Part shown: positions 50,301 to 60,092 of the stretch, one piece after another
Position numbering within the stretch: the first letter of the stretch is position 1
Layout of the letters: every line of letters starts with the position of its first letter
Assembly (NCBI RefSeq): GCF_000315625.1
Contig: NW_005434672.1
Coordinates: forward strand, 899,374-963,373
Length of the DNA: 64,000 bases
Direction: 5' to 3'
Source: Guillardia theta CCMP2712
Taxonomy: Eukaryota > Protista > Cryptophyta
Program-made: the position numbers and the translations under genes
The notes under the pieces: model-generated
What the model saw: only the letters and a program-made list of their open reading frames with translations
Database searches by the model: none
Told to the model about the DNA's origin: nothing

Positions 50301-53286
50301 CTGTCGGAGACTGACATCGCATCTGCTCCTGCTGGCAACAGATCGGGCACGAATCGGCAGGGAGTGATCTGCCTCCTGGACCCTCACACTGGAAACTTCC
50401 TCTCAGCAGCTGCCGAGCAGGTCAGGGCCGTGTCAACGCGCTTCTCGAGCTTCTCAGTGAACCGGATGATCGAACCCCCCCAAGAGGAGGAGACCTTCTT
50501 CAGCTCTCACGCTGTCAAACTCCTGGAGGAGCAAGGCCTGCTGAGCTTCAGCTCGAGCTATCGCGATTCCCTGCTGAAAGTCGTTGCGATGGACGACCTG
50601 CTAATCACCTACGGAGGGCTGAAGCAAGTGAGCATCTGGAACGCCAAGACAGGAGATCTGTTGCGACGGTTGGACAACGAGGAACACAGGTTTCCCTTCC
50701 TCGTCCTCTCTGATTCCAGACTCACCGGTGGGATGTTTTGCCGAACAGAATCGCAGGGCTCGACTTCTCTCCTGAGTACAGATGGCTGTTAGCAGCTGCG
50801 TGCAGTGATGGGCAGGTGTTGTTCTGGGACACCAGATCGAAGGTGTTCCTTCCATCGCTCACTCGAAGCTTTCTGATCAGTGACCGCAGGCAAGCAACCA
50901 TGTCAAATTATTCTTCATCCATCCAGCCCATTTCCGCCAGATCACCACGATTTCATTCTCACCGAGAGAGAGGACTTTTCTGACAGCCTCTGTTGACAAA
51001 TGCGTCCGGCTTTGGTCGTTTTCACTTGAAAGTAGGTCGACACTCAAGTGTACAAAGAGCTCTGACGCTGATGTACATAGAGAACGACAACTCCAACAGC
51101 CTGCTGCAAGAATCGAGAGGGCCAACGGTCGGCTCAGGGCTAACTTCTGGTGACTGGACACTTGCACTGCTTTTCCTGGTACCTGACACTCTTTGAAAGC
51201 CTCAGAGAGTCTCAGGGTCGTCATGAAGTTTGTTCTTGCGGGCCATACAGAAGCCGTGTCGCACGCCAGTTTCTCTCCAGACGGCAAGCTGATCGCCTCC
51301 TGCTCGTGGGATGGCTCCGCAATCTTGTGGGATGCTATCAACGGCAGTCAACGATTCCTGCTCCGACCGGTCGGCCTCCCCCGCGCCTTCTTGTGCACGT
51401 GCTGGGCTGAAGATGGATCTCTAATGGCTGCTGGCACCGAAGACGCGTCGATCTACGTGTGGAGGTCCAAAGACTCGCGGGAGGTGAGGAGATTTCGATC
51501 TTCAGCGGCTGCAGACGTGCCGAGCCATATCACTCTCGAGTCGCTCCTGTCAAACCCGTTGAAAAGCCTGCATGCCCCGCTGGGTCACTCCGACTCGATC
51601 ACGTCGGTGAGATTCTGCAAGAAGGGAAAAGTGATCCTCTCCTCGTCCATGGATGGAACAGTCAAATTATGGTCGCTGGAGCAAGGGCAGTTCATCAGAA
51701 ATATTCTCCGCTGTCCATCAAAGACAAACGTAAAGATTGTTCTCTAGAAACATGTGCATTGAACTGAGCAATGTGCGTGCAGGTGATGTCGATGGGCTTG
51801 ACCAAGGATGGAGCTGAAGTGTTTGCTGGATGTAGCGATGGACATGTGAGGTTCACCAAGATGCCGAGGGTGACGGAAGCAGCAGCAAGGAATTCTGCGC
51901 AGGAGAATGGAAAACTTGACAGGAAGCGGAGCTCTCGCAGGTCATCACCTCAAGCATCATCTAAGAGTGAGAAAGCGAAGCTTCAAGATGATTGGATCTT
52001 CTTCGAAGAGGAGAGAAAACCCAAGTTCGACCCGAGCCTGGATTGCTTGCAGGCTTGCATCGAGTACAACCCTGCCTTTGAGAAAGGAGGCGCCAAGGCC
52101 TGCATATCCTTTGTGGGGCTGGACCACCTGACTTACATCGCTTGCGAGGGCAGCAAGGAGATCGAAGTCCGCGACCCGAAGAACAACTACCAGCTCATGT
52201 CAAAGATGGAAGGGCACAGCGACGAGGTCACTTCCCTCAGCCTCGACCTCGAGAGCCACAAGCTCCTCTCCTCCTCCAAGGACGGCTCCATCACTCTATG
52301 GGACACTCACTCGGGCGACGCAGTCTTCTCGCTTCCCTGCTGCCGTCAGGGGCTCTCAGAGGCGTCTATGGATTTCAGTCTGGAGCTCGCGGTGACGGGG
52401 TCGTTCATTGGAGACGTTCAGTCGATCAACTTGCGCAGCCAGCAGTTCATCAAGCAGTTCTCCGACTCCGATGCCCCGGTCGTGCGAGCGGAGTACATCA
52501 ACGATGGGCGACTGCTCGCTTACGGATACCAGAACGGCTTGATGTGCCTGCGCGACTACAGGCAGAGCGACAAGGTGGTCAAGATCCAAGCGACAGGCGA
52601 TGCGAGGGAGCACAGGCGACTGCCCAAGTACAAACCTCAAGATCTCAAGAAGCTCTTCACGTCCATTGAAGGGCTGATCAAGTCCAGCCCAGAGAAATCG
52701 CAGGCCGAAACTCCGAAGATGCATGGCATGAGATGTACAGCAGATGGCAGACTGCTTGTCTGCGCGTACGATCAGACGGTACAAGTATGGGATACACGTC
52801 AGACCAAGGAGAGCCTAATTACGGACAGCTCGCATACCTCTACGGTTCCTACCAGCCTATTCCTGACCAGCTCGCTGACAGTGTCACAGGTCACCGCGCT
52901 CTCGCTGCTCGATAACGATGACTTGGTCGTGTCTGGCGGAGATGACTGCCTGCTGAAGATCTGGAGCATCCGAGGAAAGCCGATGACGGAAACGCCCGAC
53001 GCTCACTTGGTCGCCTCCATCGATCACCTAAAGAGCGTGAGGATGGTGAATGAGTTCACTTGGAGCTACGGAGAAAGGCTCTTCCGAGTCCCCTCGCCCT
53101 TCGTTTCGGTCTCCTATCACTGCAACCAGGTCGTCTCCTCCTGACCCTGCCTTCCACCCTTGATGATTCTGATTGCAGAGCGTCCGCTGCATCGGGGGCA
53201 AGACTTCCAACCTCTTCTTGATCGCGACGTCTGACGGAGTCCTGCATCCTTTCTCGCTTGTCAGAGGCAACAAGTCGCAGCATTGA
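44351..53286 (+). CDS. NWD1/NWD2-like STAND protein: N-acylation motif, NWD-type N-domain, inserted C2 domain, NACHT-like domain, many WD40 repeats (multi-exon)
   Basis: Starts MGCGAS; FPALRDF...PLPPWQI...KQWY resembles the NWD N-terminus. A C2-like segment lies at ~45990-46390, a P-loop-like PGVGLTT at 47084-47104 and Walker B VIIFLDG. WD40 repeats include GHNSAV..SGSRDETCRLW, GHTEAV..SCSWDGSAILWD and GHSDEV..SSSKDGSITLWD. Introns include 49139-49321 and 49913-50057; stop at 53284-53286. Confidence 0.85.
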
Positions 53287-53719
53287 AAGATAGAGAGAAG
53301 ATCTAACATGTAGAATATTGTTCACTCAAGATTGTAATGTAGCCCAGGTCTATAACAAACAACCTTCAATAGCAGAAAGGACAAACATCACAATACAAAA
53401 ATAACAGGAAATAGCTAGTATGATTCCCGTGTCTTTAGAGTCTGCTTTTAAGTCTTTAGATTGTAGAGCAGATTGTACTGCTAAGACAGAGTGAACTTCT
53501 TCTTTAATGACTGAAATGGTGAAATCCAGCACCAGCCCAGATAGTTAGAGTTATTTAGAGGTGTAGGATGTAGTCCGGACAAATATATACACTCATAGAT
53601 TATCGGACAGAGAAAGGAGGAGGAAAGAGGGAGAGAAGGCCCTGAGGGAAGAGAGAGGAAGAGATTGAACGAGAGCGGGAAGGGGAGATTAGAAAGGGAA
53701 GCCTATGGGGAGCCGCCCC

Positions 53720-53900
53720 GGTGCCGTCGGCTTCGGGGCCTTCCGACGGCGCCTCGGAGGGTGGGGTGCGTCTTTTTGGCGTTGAGTTTCGCCGAAATCA
53801 TCTTCTTGCGACAGGTTTTATTGGTTCAACGTGTACCGGCAAGCGGCTCGTGCAGGACTGAACTTCGTGACTCTTTGAGTGCGGCGAACTGAATCTCAGC
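53720..53900. other. GC-rich inverted-repeat element (candidate structured RNA or small repeat element)
   Basis: 11-bp stem 53720-53730/53743-53753; second helix TTCGCCG 53788-53794 with CGGCGAA 53882-53888. Confidence 0.3.
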
Positions 53901-53920
53901 TGGAGGCCGCATTACGACAA

Positions 53921-53986
53921 CTACTTTAACTGGTTATTGTTCAGATACAATCTCTGCAAGTTCGAAAGCTTAAAGAACTTCCCTTG
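53921..53986 (-). pseudogene. Isolated leucine-rich-repeat relic
   Basis: Translates QGKFFKLSNLQRLYLNNNQLK between two stop codons and fits the consensus LxxLxxLxLxxNxL. Confidence 0.45.
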
Positions 53987-54432
53987 TTAGCAAACCATCG
54001 GCAGAGATGTAGTCAACCTTGTTAATGTTTTTTCTTTGATCGTAAGTACGATAGTAGGCGATCAAGAACTCAGAAGCCTTACTGTTACCCATCTTCCGTG
54101 CTGCTCAATGTCACGATCCCTGGCTTCCTGTGAGCGCAATCAGGAGGCTGAGTCACTGAACTGAACAAGGGTGTAGTAGGAGAGGAGAAAAGAGATGTCC
54201 GGCGAGACAAGAGACAGATTCAGAAGCAGTGCTTCAATCATTGCAAGCAAGGCTTACGAAGCATACACTCACTGTTCTGCTGGCTCCGAGGGCTCAGTGA
54301 AACGATTTCCCACCTACTACCGTACCAGTGCTACGGTACCGGGCCCCGCGGCACCCGTGGAAATTTTGGTTATCCATCTTTCGCGGTCGGTCACACTTCA
54401 AGGGGCGCATCCCAGTCCCAGGACGCATTGAA

Positions 54433-55694
54433 ATGCACGGGAGGAGGAGGATAGCAAGGGGGGCGCTAGTCTTGTGCTTGCTCGGGCTGTCGTCCTGTTA
54501 CGTTCACCATCTTCCTCTGCGGGCTCAAGGAAGCTCCTCACGATGCCTCATCAACCGGTCGCCTGTGAGAACTTCGAGGAGCAGCATCACAAGTCTCAAG
54601 TCAAACTTTCAGGACGACCTGGAAAGGTGTGCAATCTCGCTCTTGTGCGACCTCCTCTGACATGTCTTGCTCGCTCTAGACAGCTTGAAGAGCTATATAA
54701 AGAACAGGCCGAGCATGCGAAACGACACTATTACAACGATGGGCTTCAATGGCCGACGATGCATTACCCGCTTTCAGTGCCAGCTTTCACTCCCAACGTT
54801 TCCATTGGAATAATCGGACAGCATTTGGTTGGGTCCAAAGTCCTTCAAGAGATTTTAGGGCAGGAGCGAGAACGAGCGAGAGAAGAGTTTAATCTGAACT
54901 TGCAAGTCTTGGCTGTTGCAGAGCATGGCAAGGGCTCTGGCAAAATGTTGTTATCGGTACACTCTTGAATAACCCTTGGCAACAGATCTAAGGAGTTTTT
55001 GTCTGATAGGACGAGGACATGTCTCTTGAGTTTATCAATGAATCATGGGACAAGAGCTCTCAACGATACGACGCTGATCGCTTCATGAAGCATGTCTCCA
55101 CGTCTGGAAGGCCGCACAAAGTCATGCTGGAGTGTTCTGGAACTCCACAGGAGGTAATACCTTCTCTTTCTTGCTTCTATTTCCCAAGTAACGTTGTCAC
55201 TGTCTCCATAGCTGTATGAACAGAAGGGACTGTGGGATCAGATCTGCATGAATTTTGAGACATGGCTCTTCAATGACATGCATGTGGTAACAGCTGACCA
55301 GTACGATACCAACGTGTCACAGCACATTCTTGCAACCGTTATGACGGATATGGAGAATTTCGAAGGCATTGATGATTTGTGGGAAGAAGAGGAACGTCGG
55401 TTGGGCCCTCCAACTGAACCCTTTCAGGAAGGACGGATGGAAGGAGAGTATTACAACTATCTCAAAGGAAACATGAATATCTCTAGGGAAGAAATCCTCA
55501 AGGAGCATATCAGAGTCTTTGGAGTCGATCCCTATGAAGCGGCAAAGGTGAAGCAGAGCAGAGAGAGGAGCGTTGAGAATCAGAAGCGATTGCAAACCGA
55601 AGAACGACGTAAGGGTGGTCGCATCAAGTCAGATTCTAGGGGCAGAGGAGGAAGACGAGGGAAATCCAATGATCAGCGCAGAAAGAGTACGTAA
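54433..55694 (+). CDS. 365-aa protein with a presequence and a degenerate homoserine-dehydrogenase NAD-binding-like domain; 4 exons (54433-54626, 54680-54956, 55010-55153, 55212-55694)
   Basis: GT-AG introns keep the frame. SIGIIGQHLVGSKVLQEI...EEFNLNLQVLAVA...KMLLS...KVMLECS...WLFNDMHVVTAD parallels the HSDH N-domain of AK-HSDH. A charged low-complexity tail follows. Confidence 0.65.
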
Positions 55695-55938
55695 TCCTAA
55701 TCAGCCTTGTTATACAATTTAGTTTCAATGCTGTGATGGAAGGTTATTGCTTCTTTTTCTTGTCTGATCCAGTATCCTTAGCAGCGTTTTCCTTGTTTGC
55801 CTAGTAAAGAAAGTCAAAGATCGTTGTTGAAACAGCCTCTGCAGTCTAGACTCATCACATACCCTTGCATGTTGAATTATCTCCCTTCTCTTCACCTACG
55901 AATTGACGAAAATTCACAATCTCACGTCCTCTGGATTA

Positions 55939-56825
55939 TCAAAGTCTTTGCAATCGTACCTGTACAAGCAGGGAAGCTGCTGCAATGAGGGTATGAATCA
56001 CCATGTAGGCGCCTATTAGGAGCAATGGTGTGCTCCAGACCACTGAGAGAAAGACCCCATGCTGCAAGCTAGAGTCACGTGCCACCTCTCGAGCTCCGGA
56101 AGGTGTTACCTTGTCAAAATAATTCTGCGTAGAGAAGGACTCCCAGTGTGTTGACTGTCGGCGAAAGTTGAACAACAAGGAGGGGAAGGTCAAGGAAAAT
56201 CACTCACCAGAAATCTGTTGAGAGGTTCAGCCAGGTAGATACAACCCATCATGAAGCAGAAGAGCACTATCTGAATGTTGCTGTTCCTCCGCGAGAGAAT
56301 CTGATGAGGAAAAGTCAGCTGAAGTTGGCCAACGCCTCTGAATGTTACCGCTAGCAGTAGCATCGTGAAGTGGAATATACCCAACGCAATAATCCATGTC
56401 TCAGTCCACTCCACAGCCGAAACAAACCCCTTCACGCTATTCTTGAATTGCATCCACTTGTTTGAAGGGAGTTAGAACCAGATCATTTCAGCAAGGCGAC
56501 AAATGAGTTGAGAAGACATGGATAAGGTGAACGAGCATGAAGACGATCGATCAGGCGCATATTTGCTGTCATCAACCATGAATACCTGGCTTGGATTCGC
56601 CGATAGGTCAGCCATATCGAACTCCGATGGGTCGCCAAAGTAAAACATCTTTCCAGGCTTTGGCTTTGTAGGAATGGCACCTAATGAAAGGATGAGGGAG
56701 AAGAGGCGGAGGTGAGGGCATGTACCTGTGACATTGAACGCTGACTTAAAGATCTCAATCGCTTCGTTGCTCGCGTTCGTCAGCGACTCCCACATGTCTT
56801 CCAGCATTCCCTTCTCCGCCCCCAT
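55939..56825 (-). CDS. TMEM18: Transmembrane protein 18 homologue (multi-exon)
   Basis: Family motifs AVEWTETWIIALGIFH, YLAEPLN, HWESFSTQNYFDK|HGVFLSVVWSTPLL. Confidence 0.85.
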
Positions 56826-56965
56826 GACGGGAGCACGCTCATCCCCTCGTCCCCTCTCAGGCCTGTATCATCCCCCTCTTTTCCCTGCCGTCCCAATTCG
56901 ATGAAATGTGTGGGAGGGAGAGGCGAGAAGCAAGCCATGCAGACAAGCAGCGCTGACACGATCGC

Positions 56966-57076
56966 GAGCTAGCAGTCTTCAGAAGCATCTCATGCCAGAC
57001 GGGAGCTAGCAGTCTTCAGAAGCATCTCATGCCAGACGGGAGCTAGCAGTCTTCAGAAGCATCTCATGCCAGACGG
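56966..57076 (+). repeat. Three perfect tandem copies of a 37-bp unit
   Basis: GAGCTAGCAGTCTTCAGAAGCATCTCATGCCAGACGG at 56966, 57003 and 57040, with no spacers. Confidence 0.95.
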
Positions 57077-57129
57077 CACATCATTGAGAAGAAAACGACG
57101 AGGGGGGAGGTGTAGAGGTCGGAAGATCG

Positions 57130-59338
57130 ATGAGGTCGATCCAATTTTTATTGGGCCTTCTGATTCTACAGCCATGGCTCGTGACGACGGCGTTTGTCAC
57201 GTATGAGGCATCGGCTTCCTTCCCCTTGTGCTCCAACTTCTCCCTTGAGAGCAATCATCAGATCGGCTTCTTGTTCGGGTATGTCGAGAACGACGGCGCC
57301 AAGAACCGTACGTCACCTTACCTTCCTCTCAATGCGACGTGTCAATGTACATCGCCGCACAGTCTCTTCATGAATTTCTCCGCTCAGACGCTGGATACAT
57401 ACAATGCTGTGGTTGCGCTGTTTGAAGCAGGGAAAGGATCTCAGAATTCAACTTTCAAAGGGAACGCCACTGTGAGCAACCATTCCAGCCCGACCAATCT
57501 CACTCACTCCAACGCCTCCGCCTCGACCACCAACTTGACTAACGTGAATGTCACTAACGTGAATGTCAGTGAAGCAAACAGCAGCGTTACAATGGACATG
57601 AATGCTTCTTCGAGCTCCTCCTCCAACCTCACGAGCAACACGAGCTCTAGTACGAATGTTTCGACGAGATCCTTTGAGGGCTGGGGCAGAAAGCCGGGGC
57701 GGGTGTTGACCTCCACGTCGATTCCATTGATCAATGTCTCATGCTTGAGCCCGTCGGATGCGGAAGCACTTTGTAAGAAGCTGAGCATTGCGAACGAGTA
57801 ATGATGTCCTGCCGTCTTCCAGTCCACTGATTGCTTGTCTGCAGATACTGTCCCTCAGCGACAGACATAGTGATTGTAGTGCAGAAGAACATTGTGGTGA
57901 TCAACAACATCACTAAAGTCGTTGTGCAAGCAGCCACAAACAATGATTTCGTAACGGCGCTACAAAAGGAGATCGCAGCATTCCTGACTTCATTCTCCTC
58001 GTCAACATTCTTCATCGGCAGCAACATCGGCATAGGAAAAGCAGCCAACATAGTACTCTGGCTCGGATTTTTCATTTTCCTTGCTGGTGCAATTTTATTG
58101 TGAGAGCATGCAGGTGTCAAGGGTGGTCATAGGCTAACATGGAGCCTCAGGGAATGGATTGGAACGAGGACGAAGAAATTCAAGCTTCAACTGCTGATTC
58201 TCGTCTTGAACTGCAAGTAGTGATGGACCTTTTCCGAATCTCATCTCTCAACAGGCACGATGAGCATGCTGGGCTACTTGACCATGGCTTTCGGTCACGG
58301 AAGATCGACACACTTCAAGGTGACGTGGCGGGTGAACGAGGCGGCTAAAGCTGATGAGGGCTCAGGTCATGTTCAACGCAACTCGCAATGAGTCCAGCGG
58401 GCAACTCTACTTCATAGGCTCCCCCATCCGCCAGTCAGACGTCTGCTGATCATGACTCGCAGCCTCTCCCAGGGCTCACTGTTGGTGCAGGTGCCTCCTG
58501 TCTTCTACTCGCGGTACATCATGTGGCTCTTCACCACTCCCTCCCCCATCTTCCTCCTCTGCCACTTCGCCAACGCGCTGGAGACTTTCATGGGATCTGC
58601 GGTGATAGCAAGGAGGAGAGCTTGTTGGGAGCTGACGAGAATGCAGGCGCTCGACTGGATGATGATCTTGTGCGGGATGGCTGCGATCTATGTGAAGGTG
58701 AACAATAAATCGACGATGACCGTATACTGAAGTTTGAGATGCAGCAAAGATCCGCAGATTTCGCTCATGCAGATGTTGCACTTGTCGAGTGTGTGGGATG
58801 CAGCAACACGAATGTGATCGTGTGGGTTCTGTTTGCTATCGCAAGTCTCTTCTTCGTCGTTCTCCTCTATCGGGTGCGAGATTTCCACTTCCATGAAGGT
58901 TTGCGATGCTGATAGGCAGCGATAAAGTTGATTGTTATTGGAGAGCGATCAACGCTTGAAATCGACAAGAAGCTGGTACGTCTCTTCATGAGATTTCCTG
59001 CGCTGCTTCTGACGAGCATCAAGGCTTATCGCCGACTGCTTCTGTTTGTGATGATCACCTGGAGCGCGTAACTTAGTTGTCTCGTGCTCCCTGGGCTCTC
59101 ACACATTCCTCCATGTCAGGTTCCCGATCCTCTGGTTCTTCAGCGACAAAGGGTTCGGTCTGATGCCTTCAGTGAGCCCTCGGATGTGGGTGAGGAGGCG
59201 AGAGGTTTGACTGGCCGGCAGGACTGGGAGGTTCTGCTGTACGTCATCCTGGACGTAGTGGCAAAGATCGGGTTTGCGGTCCTCTACCTGTACGAGCTGA
59301 GGTCCTTGCGGTGGAGGAAGAGACTCTCATGTGAGTGA
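57130..59338 (+). CDS. Microbial (type-1) rhodopsin with signal peptide and ~290-aa N-glycosylated N-terminal ectodomain; about 10 exons; C-terminal tail may continue to ~59900
   Basis: Spliced helices: A ANIVLWLGFFIFLAGAILL; B TMSMLGYLTMAFGHG; C FYSRYIMWLFTTPSPIFLL; D ALDWMMILCGMAA; E WVLFAIASLFFVVLLY; F LLLFVMITWSAFPILWFFSDKGFG; G WEVLLYVILDVVAKIGFAVLY, with the retinal Lys in DxxAK. Confidence 0.92.
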
Positions 59339-60092
59339 AGAGAGAGGTCATGATCAAGTCCGAGGAGAGGAGGACGAGGACTGTGAAGAATGTGGTGAAC
59401 GAGGGCACGAGCACGGTTCGAAGAGAGTGCTAGAAGGAGGGGTAGCACAACGACAGTGGAGCTGGAGCAACAGCAGCAGAAAAGAGGAGCAGGAGCAAGG
59501 AGGGGGATAGGGGATGACGGTAAGGATGACGATACGGCAGATCAAGAGAACATATCCAAGGTGAACGTGAAGACTGAAGTCCCAGCAGAAGATGGAGGAG
59601 CCTCGTCCATGTCGAGGTCTTGCATGCTGACCTGTTTAAGTCTTTTCTCCCCTCCTCCCCTTCCTCACTCTTCTCATCTCTTCTCCCTCCATTTCTACTC
59701 GTGCAGTCCGCTTCCTTACATCCTCTCCTCTGTCCTCCATTCTCCCCTCCCCTCTCTCTGTCCTCCGCTCTCCTGACGTCAATCTGCAGTGGCCGACATT
59801 CGGCGTTGACGTCAACGTCGTCCAAGCAGAGGAAGCAGGCAAGACGAGAGCGACAAGCTCGGCAAGTGAATCAGCTGGAGAATATCGGAAACGACTAGCA
59901 ACTTGTAAATTATTACGTGCAAGATGTTTATATGACATGAGTAAAGATGTGCAGTTGTATGATTACAGAGCACGTGAAGTGGGAGTGACTTCGATGTTGC
60001 AACCAGAGGAGTGATTTCATGTTACAATCTTTGCAGTATTTCTATGTTACAACCAGAGAGTGAACTTGTCTTATACGTGATGACAAGAATTC

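Noticed and set aside
56966-57076. 37-bp repeats as a CRISPR array
   Set aside because: The units are directly adjacent with no spacers, there are no cas genes, and the context is eukaryotic
59620-59780. Ser/Pro/Leu-rich ORFs over the CT-rich tract
   Set aside because: Low-complexity pyrimidine tract, likely intron or UTR; the translations are compositional artefacts
59985-60066. Degenerate ATGTTRCAACCAGAG repeats
   Set aside because: Only 2-3 imperfect copies between convergent gene ends, with no supportable function
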